Assembly (NCBI RefSeq): GCF_020745735.1
Contig: NC_083409.1
Span: 11,711,052 to 11,775,051 of the forward strand
DNA length: 64,000 nt
Direction: 5' to 3'
DNA from: Hemiscyllium ocellatum
Lineage: Eukaryota
Shown here: positions 36,430 to 49,078 of the stretch, piece by piece
How the letters are laid out: each line of letters opens with the position of its first letter
Numbering within the stretch: the first letter of the stretch is position 1
Translations under genes and position numbers: made by a program
The notes under the pieces: generated by a model
Database searches by the model: none
The model's input: the letters and a program-made list of their open reading frames with translations, nothing else
Told to the model about the DNA's origin: nothing

Positions 36430-37300
36430 GGTGTGTTCTCTGAGTTGGTTCAAGAGTGTTTTGCTTGAGAAAACACTTCTGTGAACTGGTTTGTCTGTTT
36501 CTTCCAGTCTTTGTGTAAAGGTGAGACTAAGTGTGTAAATGCTGTCATTTCATGGAGCAATCCAGTCAGTCCCACCCCCTCCCCTACTCGACCCCCAGAG
36601 CCTTGCAGGTTTATTTCCATCAAGAGCCCATCCAATCTGCCATTGCAATCACTGAGTGTCTTCACCTGCCTCACCTGAATGGGCACTAATTTCCAAGTCA
36701 TTACCAATTGCTGCTAAAAAAAGTTCTTCCTGGCATCCCATATCTCTTGCCCAACAAAATGCAAGGTAATCTCAATGTGAAGATGGGATTTTGTCTCCAC
36801 ACGGACTGTGCGGCGGTCACCCTTACTGATACTGTCATGGACAGATACACCAGCAGCAGGCAGGTTGGTGAGGGTGATAGTGAGTATGTTTTTCCCTCTT
36901 GTTGGTTCCCTCACCACCTGCCCCAGGTCCAGTCTAGCAGCTGAATCAGGTGGAACTTGACCAGCTTGCTCAGTAGTGATGCTTCTGAGCAGGTCTTGAT
37001 GGTGGACTTTGAAGTCCCTTACTCAGAGTATATCCTGCATCCTTCTCCCCCTCAGTGCTCCCTCCAAGTGTTGTTCAACATGGAGGAGGACTGACTGCTC
37101 AGTTGAGGTTGGAGTGGAGGGTGGTGCTATGTGGTTATCAGCAGGAGGTTTGCTTCCCCATGTTTGACCTGCTGTCATGAGGCTTCATGGATTCCATAGT
37201 TAATGGTGAGGACTCTCAGGGCAACTCCCTTCCAACTGTACACACCACTGTGTTGCCTCCCCTGCTTGGTCTATCTTGCCAGTTAGAAACTGAATGAGGG
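36430..37300 (-). mobile_element. Old LINE endonuclease fragment (CR1/L2 superfamily); related copy at about 62770-63800
   Basis: VREPTRGKNILTITLTN motif. The two copies are in the same orientation, consistent with independent insertions. Confidence 0.65.
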
Positions 37301-37450
37301 AACAATTCTGTGCAGGTTTCACAGCTTGGAGACAGAGCTGCTGCTGGATTCTGTTTCTCATCTCCGAGTGCAGCCATGTGTGTTTGTGAGAGAATGACAG
37401 ACACTTTTTCCATCGTTGTGCTGTTTCTGAAAAGAAAAATCCCAGAACCA

Positions 37451-37740
37451 GCCTCCTGTGCTGTCAGGTTCCAGGGAGTGCAGATGGTTCACAGTTTTCT
37501 CCCATCTCAGTAACAAACACCCAGCAGCTCCGAGCTCCTTCTTTCACTTCCTCTTTTGGTGAAGTTTCAACCTTGTGCTCTGACAGTCTTTGCAGTTATT
37601 TTTTACACTGGGGCTTTCTGCTGTGGTCAGAAACTCTAATAATAAGTGTCCAATCCGTGACAATCACAGCAGCTAAGAGTAGTCAGGACTGAGGAGCCAG
37701 GCTCACTGTGAAACATATTGGGAAGATCAAAGCCATTCCC
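37451..37740. promoter_or_regulatory. Candidate B-cell enhancer module, copy 1
   Basis: EICE AAAGAGGAAGTGAAA on - at 37542-37556, GGGGCTTTCT at 37610-37619 and TGTGGT just after; about 95% identical to the inverted copy at 61190-61478. Confidence 0.5.
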
Positions 37741-38399
37741 TTCAGCTCCTGGTATAAACTCCATCCCTCTCCCTGAGCACTATCTGCTGCTCAACCAGAC
37801 TCTTTACAAACTTGGCCTCATCTTTGAGGCTGATCTGAGCACCATATCCTCCATCCACAAAGATCAGCCACTGAAAATGTCTGTCATGTCCATGGGACTC
37901 CAAACATGACCATGCCAATGTTGTGCTTGCACACATCACAGCCACTGCCCTCCGTAACCTTCAGCTCATCCCAAATTCTGCTGCCCATATCCAAACTCGC
38001 ACCAAATCCCATTCCTCCAACCTCCTGCACCCTGTGCCTACATTGGCTCCTGGTCCAGCAACATCTCGATTTTCAAATTCTCATCCTTGTTCTCAAGTCC
38101 CTCCCTGTCCTCCACTCTCCCTATCTCTGTAACCTCCTCCAAACTGCCTCACTCAGTGTGATCAACAATCTTGGATATATGGCTGTCTATTCCTTCATCC
38201 AAGTCATTTAGAAATATCGTGAAATGCTGAGGTTCTAGCCCAATTCCCTGGGGACACCACTATCCACATTTTGCTCATTGGAGAGCGCACACATTATCCC
38301 TCCTCTCTGTCTCCTCCCTCCAAACTAATTTCTGACCAAAGATAAATATTTTTCCCTAACTGGCGAGAATGGGAGAAAGCAGAGGGACATAGTGGAAGG

Positions 38400-39400
38400 A
38401 TACTTGTCAGATTGGAGGCCTGAGTCTAGTGGAGTTCCTCAGGATTGATGCTGGGCCCATTACTGTTTGTCATCAATATCAATAATTTAGAAAACATGAG
38501 AATAGCCGGTATTGTGGACAATGAGGAAGGTTATCAGATATTGTAGCAGGACCTTGATCAGCTGTGGAGGTGGGAAAAGAAATGATAAATTGAGTTTAAT
38601 GTAGATAAGTATGAGGTCTTGCATTTTGGAAAGTTAAATCAATGTAGGAGTTTCATGGTGAATGGTAAGGCCTTAAGGACTGTAGTGGAACAGTGGGATC
38701 TCGGAGTTCAGGTGCACAGTTCTCTGAAAGTTGAGTCACAGTTAGACAGGGCAGTGAAGAAGGCTTTTGGCATACTGGCCGTCATCAGTCAGGGCACTGG
38801 GTGTAGAAGTTGGGAAGTTATGTTTCAATTGTACATGACATTGGTGAGGCTGCACTTGGAGTATTGTGTTCAGTTTTGGTCACCTTGTTTTAGGAAGGAT
38901 ATTATTAAACTGGAAAGAGTGCAGAATAAATTTACAAGGATGTTGCCAGGTTTCAACATCTGAGTTTTTGGGAGAGTTTGGACAAGCTAGGACATTTTTC
39001 TTAAGAGTGTCGGAGACAAAAGGGGAATCTTTTAGAAGTGTATAAGATCTTGAGAGACATGGATAGGGTGAATGCACTCAGTCTTTGTCCCAGGGCTGGG
39101 GAATCAAGGACTAGAGGGCATCAGTTGAAGGTTAGAATAAACGGGAACCTGAGGGGCAACATTTTTACACAGAGGGTGGTAGTCGTATGGAATGAGCTGC
39201 CAGCTGAAGTGATTGAGGCGGGTACATTAACAACATTTAAAAGGCATTTGGACAAATACATAGATAGTATGCAATTTGAAGGATATGGACCAAATGGAGG
39301 GAAATGGGGTTAGTGTGGATGGATATTTTGGTCAGCACGGTCCAGTTTGGGCCAAAGGGCCTGTATCTGTGCTGTAGGACTCGATGACTCTATGACTCTA
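38400..39400 (+). mobile_element. CR1 RT 3' fragment
   Basis: ORFs 38619-38963 and 39038-39313. Confidence 0.88.
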
Positions 39401-40729
39401 CAATTCCATATGTTTCTATGTTTATGAACAGTCTCTCAAACATAGAAACAGAGGAACTAGGAGCAGGAGGAGGCCATTCAGCCCTTCGAGTCAGCTCTGT
39501 CAGTCAATATGACCATGACTGATCATCCAACTTAGTCTCCTGTTCCCATTTTTTCTCCATAACCTTAATCCCTTTAGTCCTAAGATCTATACCTGTCGCT
39601 TTCTTGAAAACATTTAATGTTTTGAGCTCAACTGCTTTCTGTGACAGAATATTCCACTAGCTTCCCACTCTCTGGCTAAAGAACTGTTCCTCATCTCAGT
39701 CCAAAATGGCCTTTCCATTTTCTTTAAACTGTAATTCCTGGTTCTGGACTCTCAAGTCATCATGAACATAATTCCTGTATTTTCTGGTCTTGTTCTGTTA
39801 GGATTTTACAGGTTTCAATGTGATTCCTCTCAAATTTCTAAACTCCAGTGAATATAATCCTAACTGATCCAGTTTCTCATCAGATCTAAGTGCTGTCCTT
39901 CCAGGAATCAGTCTGGTAAACCTTCGCTGCCCTCCCTCCACAACCAGAACATCCTTCCTCAGGTAAGGAGACCAAAACTGCACACAACAGAAACATAAAA
40001 TCACACAGTACAGAAGAGGCCCTTCAGCCCATTAACTGTGTACTAGCCAAACTACAGTAAACCTATACCAGTCCCACTTTCCAACATCAGACCCATAGCT
40101 TGAATGTTCTGATATTTCAACTGCTCACCCAACTACTTTTTAAAGTTTGTGAGGTTTCCCACGTCAACTACCCTCCCAGGATGTGCGTTCCAGACCCCCA
40201 CCACCCTCTGGGTAAAAAACACTTTCCTCAAAACATCTGGAAACCTCCTATCTTTGACATTGAATGTGAGCCAACTTGTTCTTGACCTTCCCAAGAAGGA
40301 GAACAGCTGCTTTCTCTCCTCCCTGTCCATTCCCCTCATAACCTTATACACCTCTACCAGGTCCCCCCTCCACCTTCTCTGCTCTGAAGAAAACAACCCG
40401 AGCTGATCCAATTTCTCTTCATCACTGAGATGTTCCATCCCACACAACATCCTGGTGATTCCCCTCTGCACCCCATCCAGTGCAATCACATCCTTCCTAC
40501 AGTGTGGTGACCTGAACTGCACACAGTACTCCAGCTGTGGTCTCACCAATGTTCTGCTTAACAGCAACATCTCCTCCTGCTGTTATAACCAATACCTGAC
40601 ATGACAAAGGCAAGTGTCCCCTGTGCCTTCATAACTGCTCTGTTAACCTGTCTTGCCATTTTCAGGGATCAGTGGAGAAGCACCCAAGATCACTCTGTTC
40701 CTTTGTGCTTCCTCAGTTCAAAGACCAAA

Positions 40730-43700
40730 GAGCAATGAAAATTACAGCACAAGAACTGGCCCTTCGGCCCTACTAGCCTGCACTGGTCCATATCCTCCAA
40801 CTAAACCTGTCATCAATTTTCCAAGGGTCTATCTCCCTTTGCTCCCTGCCCATCCATGTATCTATCTAGATATATCTTAAATGATGCTATTGTGCCTGCC
40901 TCTACCACCTCCACTGGCAACGTGTTCCAGGACCAATCACCCTCTGTGTGAAGAACTTTCCATACATATCTCCTTTCAATGTTTCCACTCTCACCTTGAA
41001 CTCATGACCCCTGAGTAATTGAGTCCCCCACTCTGGGAAAAAGCTTCTTGCTATCCACCCTGTCTATACCTCTCATGATTTTGTAGACCCCAATCAGGTT
41101 CCCCCCTCAACGTTCGACTTTCTAATGAAAATAATCCTAATCTACTAAGCCTCTCTTCATAGCTAGTGCCCTCCATACCAGGCAATCCTGGTGAACCTCC
41201 TCTGCACCCTCTCCAAAGCATTCACATCTTTCTGGTAATGTGGCAACCAGAACGGTACACAGTATTCCAAATGTGGCCAAGCCAAAGGCTGATATAATTC
41301 TAATATGACCTTCCAACTCTTTTGCTGAATACCACGTCTGGTGAAAGAAGGTATGCCATATGCCTTCTTGAACACTCTATCGATCTGTGTTGTCACCTCC
41401 AGGGTACAATGGACCTGAACACCCAGGTCTCTCTGGGCATCAATTTTCCCAGGGTGTTCCATTCACCGTACAGTTTACTCCAGATTTGGATCTTCCAAAT
41501 TTCTTCAGATCGCATTTGCCTGGTTGAACTCCATCCATCCGTTTCTCTGCCCAACTCTCCAATCTATGTATATTCTGCTACATTCTCTGACAGTCCCCTT
41601 CCCTATCTGCTACTCCACCAATCTTAGTGTCATCTGCAAACTTGCTAATCAGACCACCTATACCTTCCTCCAGATCATTTATGTCTTTCCAAAACAAGAG
41701 TGGTACCAGCACGGATTCCTGTTCTCCATTTTGAGAAACTCCGTCCTTTACTATCGTCTGTCTTCTGTTGCCCAGCCTGTTCTCTATCCAACTAATGAGT
41801 ACACTCTGGACCCCATGCGACTTAAATTTCTTTATCAGGCTGCCATGGGGAACTTTATCAAACGCATTCCTGAAATCCATGTGTATGACATCCACAGCCC
41901 TTCCCTCATCAATCAACTTCATCACTTCTTCAAAAAATTCTATAAAGATGGTAAGACATGACATTCCCTGCACAACTTCACGCTGTCTATAACTAATAAG
42001 TCAATTTTCTTCCAAATATAAATAGATCTTATCCCTCAGTATCTTCTCCAGCAGCTTCCCTACCACTACATCAGGCTCACTGGTTGATAGTTACCTGGAT
42101 TATACTGGCTACCCTTCTTAAACATTAGTAATTCTCCACTCCTCTGGGACCTCATCCATGTTCAAAGTTGCTACAAAGATATCGATTAAGGCCCCAGCTA
42201 TTTCCTCTCTTGCTTCCCTCAGAACCTGGGATCGATCCCATCCCGACCTGGGGACTTGTCCACCTTGATGCCGTTTAAAATACCCAAAACTTCCTCCCTC
42301 CTTAAACCGACTTGACCCTGAGTAATCAAACATCTATCCCCAACTTCAACACCTGTCATTTCCCTCTCCTTGGTGAATACCGACGTAAAGCACTTATTAA
42401 GAATCTCATCCATTTTCTCTGCCTCCACACATAACTTTCCTCCTTTGTCCTTGAGTGGGCCAACCCTTTCTCTAGTCACCCACTTGCTCCTTATATATGA
42501 ATAAAAGGATTTGGGATTTTCCTTAATCCTGTTTGTTAATGATATTTTGTGACCCCTTTTAGCCCTTTTAATTCCTCACTTCAGGTTGGTCCTACTTTCA
42601 CAATATTCTTCCAAAGCTTTGCCTGTTTTCAGCTACCTCGACCATATGTATTCATCCTTTTTCCTCTTAGCTAGTCTCACAATTTCATCTGTCATCCAGC
42701 GTTTCCTAGTCCTGCCATTTCAATCCCTTATTTTCACAGGGACATGTCTGTCCGGACTCTAGTCAACCTCTCTTTAAAAGCCTCCCACATATCAAATATG
42801 GATTTCCCTTTAAACAGCTACTCCCAATCCACATTCCCCAGCTCCTGCCAAATTTTGCTATAGTTGGCCTTCCCCCAGTTTAGCCATCTTCCTTTCGGAC
42901 CACTCTCGTCTTTGTCCAGGAGTATTCTAAAACTTATGGAATTGTGGTCACTGTTACCAAAATAATCCCCTAGTGAAATTTCAACCACCTGGCCGGGCTC
43001 ATTCCCCAATACCTGGCCCCTTCCTGAGTTAGATTATTTCCACATTACTCTGTAAAATCCTCCTGAATGCTCCTTGCAAATTCTGCTCCATCTAAACTGC
43101 TAACATGAAGTGAATCCCAGTCAATGTTGGGAAAATTAAAATTTTCCATCACCCACCACCTTGTTACTCCTACATCTTTCCATAATCTGATTACATATTT
43201 GTACCTCTATCTCACGTTCACTGTTAGGAGGCTTGTAGGATAGCACCAACATTGTTACTGCACCCTTCCTATTTCTGAGCTCTGCCCATATTGCCCCACT
43301 GCTCGAGTCCTCCATAGTGCCTTCCTTCAGCACACCTGTGATAACCACTCTGACCTGTAATGCAACTCCTCCATCCCTTTTACCTCCCTCTCAAACCCAT
43401 CTGATACATCTGTATCCTGGGATATTTAGTTGCCAATCTTGCCCTTCCCTCAACCACGTCTCAGTAATAGCAATAACATCATACTCCCAGATACTATTCC
43501 AATCCCAAAATTCCTCTGCCTTACCTACTACACTTCTCACATTAAAACAATACACCTCAGACCATTTGTCCCTTTGCTTTCATCATCTGCCCCCAACCTA
43601 CTCTTAACCTTAGTCACGCTGACTTCAATATCTAGTTCCTGACAGGCTTTAGTTACTCCCTCCTTATTGTCCACTAACTTCCTCATTTGGTTCCCATCCC

Positions 43701-44150
43701 TCTGCTACACTATTTTGAACGTGATCAAACATATCCCACAGGACACTGGTTCCAGTCCTGCCCAGGTGTAGACCACTCGATTTGTAATTGTCCCACCTCC
43801 CCAGGAACCAGTCCCAATGCCCCAAAAATCTGAACCCCTCCCTCCTGCACCATCTCTCAAGCCACGCATTCATCCTGCCTATACTTTCATTTTGACTCTG
43901 ACTAGCACATGGCACTGGGAGCAATCCTGAGATTACTACCTCTGAGATCATACATTTTAATATGGTTCCTAACTCCCTAAATTCTGCTTGTCCGCCCTCA
44001 TTCCATTTATTACCGATATCATCGGCGCTTACATGCACCATCACAGCTAGCTGTTCACCTCCCCCTTCAGAATGTCCTGCAGCTGATCTGAGACATGCCT
44101 GAGCCGTACAACTGGGAGGCAACATGCTATGCGTGAGTCTTGTCTTTGAC
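40730..44150 (-). mobile_element. Near-full-length decayed CR1 (ORF1 esterase, EN, RT, 3' end)
   Basis: Ordered motifs: WCRREGFRFLGHW (ORF1), LVLSYKPPNS and SDHNSISF (EN), DFRNAFDKVPHG and FADDTKIGG (RT). Confidence 0.9.
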
Positions 44151-47100
44151 CACAGAACCGCCGATCTACTCCCTTTACAAAGTCCAAACAAACCATATCC
44201 ATGGGCCCCCCCTTATCAAATCCACTCACTACATCCTCAAACAATTCCAGTCGATTTTTTAAGCATGATTTCCCTTTCAACAATTCATGCTTACTATCTC
44301 CAGTTCTGTCACTGTTTTCAAAGTGCTAAGCTATCAAATATTTGGAATGAACTTGAGCATTTTCTCCACTGCTGATTTCTGGCTAATTGGTCTAAAATGT
44401 TTTATTTTCCCCCTCTCTATCTCTCTCTCTTTTTCAATAATTGTGTTAAATTAGGTCCCTCCACTCTGTTTGACCTATTCCACAGTCGACAAACAGATAA
44501 CCATCAATGTTTCTAATATTTTACAACCCACTTCCTGAAGCACTCCTGAAAATAGATTATTTGGCCCTGCTGATTTAACACACTTTAATTTTCCCAGAAC
44601 CATTTTCCTCAACAACTGATTTCCTTCAGCTCCTTCCTCTGATAAAACTCCAAGTTCACCAACATGTCTGAGATTTATTTGAGAATTCATTTGTGCAGAA
44701 AGATTCAGAATATGTTTATCTGTCATCTCTTTGTTCCAACTATAACATTATAACACTTGTGTGAAGCTTCCTTGAATGTCATCTGGACGTCCATATAAAC
44801 AACACATTCCCTTATCTCACACATTAGTGACCTCGTTAAAACATGTAACCAGGTTAGTTAAAAATGTCTGACCCTTTTTAAATCCATGCTGACTTACTCT
44901 GATCTGTTCATATATGTCAGACATTCTGTCTCTAAACCAGCTTCAATTACTTCCCAACAATAGACATTCGACGGAGATGTTCATTGTGAGTGAGGTTAGT
45001 AAACAGCTAGCACTGACATGACGGGCTGAACAGCCTCCTCCTAGAGTCACAGAGTCAAAGAGATATTCAGCATGGAAACAGACCCTTCGGTCCAACTTGT
45101 CCATGCCGACCAGACATCCCAAACCAATCTAGTCCCACCTGCCAACTCCTGGCCCAGATCCCTCCAAACCCTTCCTATTCATATACCCATCCAGATGCCT
45201 TTTAAATGTTGCAATTGTACCAGCATCTACCACTTCCTCTGGCAGCCCCATTCCGCACTCGCACCACCCTGTGCGTGAAAAAGTTGCTCCTCAATTCTCT
45301 TTTATATCTTTCCTCTCTTACCCTAAACCTATGCCCTCTATTACTGGACTCCACCACCCCAGGGAAAAGACTTGGTCTCTTTGCCCTATCCATGCTCCTC
45401 ATGATTTTATAAACCTCTGTAAGGTCACTCCTCAGCCTCCGACACTCCAGGGAAAACATCCCCAGCCTATTTAACCTCTCCCTATAGCTTAAATTCTCCA
45501 ACCCTGGTAACATCCTTTTAAATCTTTTCTGAACCCTTTCAAGTTTCACAACATCTTTCTGATAGGAAGGAGACCAGAATTGAATGCAATACTCCAAAAG
45601 TGGCCTAGGTGACCTCCCAATTCCTATACTCAATAATCTGACCATTAAAGGAAAGCATATCGAATGTCTTCTTCATTATCCTATCCACCGACTACTCTAC
45701 TTTCAAGGAGCTATGAACATGCACTCCAAAGTCTCTTTGTTCAGCAACACTCCCAAGGACCTTACTATTAAGAGTATAAGTGCTGCTCAGATTTGCTTTC
45801 CCAAATGCAGCACCTTACATTTATCTAAATTAAACTCCATCTGCCATTCCTCAGCTCAATGGCCCATTGGATCAAGATCCTGTTGTAATCTGAGGTAACC
45901 TTCTTCACTGTCCACTTCACCCCCAATTTTCGTGTCATTTGCAAACTTACTAACTCTACCGCCTATGTTCATATCCAAATCATTTATTTAAATGACAAAA
46001 AGTAGTTGACTCAGCACCATTCCTTATGACACTCCACTGGCCACAGGCCTCCAATCTGAAAAACATCCCTCCACTACCACCCTCTGTATTCTACCTTTGA
46101 GCCAGTTCTGTATCCAAATGGCTAGTTCTCCTGTATTCCATGAGATCTAACCTTGCTAACCTATCTCCCATGGGGAACCTTGTCGAATGCCTTACTGAAG
46201 TCCATTCAGATCCTGTCTAAGGCTCTGCCCTTATCAATTCTTTCTGTTACTTCTTCAAAAGATTCATTCAAGTTTGTGAGACATGATTTCCCACACACAA
46301 AACCATGCTGCCCAACCCTAATCAGTCTTTGCCTTTCCAAATGTATGGACAATTTGTCCCTCAGGATTCCTTCCAAGAACTTCCTCACAATCGACGTCTG
46401 GCTCATTGGTCTACAATTCCCTGACTTGTCCTTACCACCTTTCTTAAATAGTGGCACCAATTAGTGAACCTCCAGTCTTCTGGCACATCATCTGTGACTA
46501 TTGAGGATACAAATATCACAGTATGATGCCCAGCAATCACTTCCCTAGCTTCCCACAGAGTCCTAGGGTACACCTAATTAGGTCCTGGGGATTTATCCAC
46601 TTTTATGCATTTCAAGACATCTAGCATCTCCTCGTCTGAAATAAGAACATTTTTCAAGATGTCACCATCCATTACCCTACGTTCTATAATCTTCAATATC
46701 CTTCTCCACCGTTAAACTGAAGCAAAATACTCGTTTGGTATCTGCCCCATCTCGTGCGGCTCCACACAAAGGTCGCCTTTCTGATCTTTGAGGGGCCCTA
46801 TTCTCTCCTTAGTTACCCTCTTGTCCTTAATGTATTCGTAAAACCCCTCTGGATTCTCCTTAACCTTATTTGTCAAAACTTTCTCATGTCCCCTTGTTGC
46901 CCTCCTGATTTCCCTCTTAAGAATACTCCTACTGCCTTTGTATGCCTCTAAGGATTCACTCGATCTATCCTGTCAATACCTGACATATGCTCCATTCTTT
47001 TTCTTAACCAAACCCTCAATGTTTCTTGTCATCCAATATTCCCTACACCTACCAGCCTTTCCTTTCACCCTAACTAAAATATACTTTCTCTGGACTCAAG

Positions 47101-47177
47101 TTATATCATTTCTGAAGGCTTCTCATTTTCCAGCTGTCCCTTTACCTGTGAGCAACTTCCCCCAATCAGCTTTTCAG

Positions 47178-47505
47178 AGTTTTAGATTAGATTGCTTAGT
47201 GTGGAAACAGGCCCTTCAGCCCAACAAGTCCAGACGGACCCTCCGAAGAGCAACCCACCCAGACCCATTCCCCTATGTTTACCGCTTCACCTAACACTAT
47301 GGACAATTTAGCATGGCCAATTCACCTACCAATTCACCTAACCTGCACTTTTTTAGACTGTGGGAGGAAACCGGAGCACCCGTAGGAAACCCACGCTGAC
47401 ATGGGGAGTATGTGCAAACTGCACACAGACAGTTGCCTGAGGTGGGAATTGAACCCGGGGCTCTGGCACTGTGAGGCAGCAGTGTTAACCACTGTGCCAC
47501 CGTGC
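47178..47505 (-). mobile_element. HE1-type SINE nested in CR1
   Basis: Reverse complement of the 13346-13651 type. Confidence 0.9.
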
Positions 47506-48422
47506 CTGATACTGGCAAAATTAGCCTTCCTCCAATTTAGAACTTCAACTTCTGGATCTGGTCTATCCTTTTCCATCACTATTTTAAAATGAATAGAATT
47601 ATGCTCGCTGAGCAAAAGTGCTCCTCCACTTGCACCTCAGTCACCTGCCCTGCATTATTTCCCAAGAGAAGGTCGAGTTCTGCACCTTCTCTAGTAGGTA
47701 CATCCACATACTGAATCAGAAAATTGTCTTGTACACACTTAACAAATTCCTCTCCATCTAAATCCTTAACACTATGGCAGTCCCAGTCTATGTTTGGAAA
47801 GTTAAAATCCCCTACTATAACCACCCCATTATTCTTACTGATAACTGAAATCTCCTTAAAAATTTATTTCTCAATTTCCCGCTGACTACTGGAGGGGGGC
47901 TATAGTATAATCCCAAGAAGGTGATTATCCCCTTCTTTTTTCTCAGTTCCACCCAAATAATTTCCCTGGATGTATTTCTGGGAATATCCTCCCTAAGTAC
48001 AGCTGTAATGTTATCCCTTATCAAAAATGCCACTCCCCCTCCTCTCTGGCCTCCCTTTCTGTCCTTCCTATAGCATTTGTATCCTAGAACATGAAACAGC
48101 CAGTCCTGTCCATCCCTGAGCCATGTTTCTGTAATTGCCATGCTATCCCAGTCCCACGTTCCTAACCATGCCCTATGTTCATCTTCCTTCCCTGTTAGGC
48201 CTCTTGCATTTGTTCCCGCCTGCCCTGACTCTTTGACTTGCCTTTGTTCTCAACTATACCAATCTCAGATTGAAATATTTCCTCACTATCTCCCTGGGTC
48301 CCTCCCACCCATCTTACTAGTTTAAATCCTCCCAAGCAGCTCTAGCAAACTCCCTGCCAGTATATTAATCCCCTTCCAATTTAGGTGCAATCCGTCCTTC
48401 TTGTACAGGTCACTTCTACCTC

Positions 48423-49078
48423 AAATTTGCCACCCAGGTAAATAGTGCTGTGAGGAAGGCATATGGTGTACTGGGCTTTATTGGTAGAGGAATTGAGTTC
48501 CGGAGTCCTGAGGTCATGTTGCAGTTGTGTAAGACTCTGGTGTGGCCTCATCTGGAGTATTGTGTGCAGTTTTGGTCGCCATACTATAGGAAGGATGTGG
48601 AGGCATTGGAACGAGTGCAGAGGAGGTTTACCAGGATGTTGCCTGGCATGGTAGGAAGATCATATGAGGAAAGGCTGAGGCACTTGGGCCTGTTCTCATT
48701 GGAGAAAAGAAGGTTTAGGGGAGATTTGATAGAGGTGTATAAGATGATTAGGGGTTTAGATAGGGTAGACACTGAGAACCTTTTACCGCTAATGGAGTCA
48801 GCTGTTACTAGGGGACACAGCTTTAAATTAAGGGGTGGTAGGTATAGGACAGATGTTAGGGGTAGATTCTTTACGCAGCGGGTTGTGAGTTCATGGAATG
48901 CCCTGCCAGTAGCAGTGGTGAACTCTCCCTCTTTATGGTCATTTAAGCGGGCATTGGATAGGCATATGGAAGTTATTGGGCTAGTGTAGGTTAGGTAGGA
49001 TTTGGTCGGCGCAACATCGAGGGCCGAAGGGCCTGTACTGCGCTGTATTTTTCTATGTTCTATGTTCTATGTTCTATT
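48423..49078 (+). mobile_element. Young CR1 3' end with (TTCTATG)n tail, nested in ORF1
   Basis: Uninterrupted 179-aa RT C-terminal ORF at 48450-48989. Confidence 0.92.

Noticed and set aside
36430-37300. Similarity to 62770-63800 as a possible extension of the 5' palindrome
   Set aside because: The copies are in the same orientation and both are fragments of a common old LINE, so they are independent insertions.
48450-48989. Open 153-179 aa ORFs at 266, 3723 and 48450
   Set aside because: These are C-terminal remnants of CR1 ORF2 in 5'-truncated copies, not host genes.
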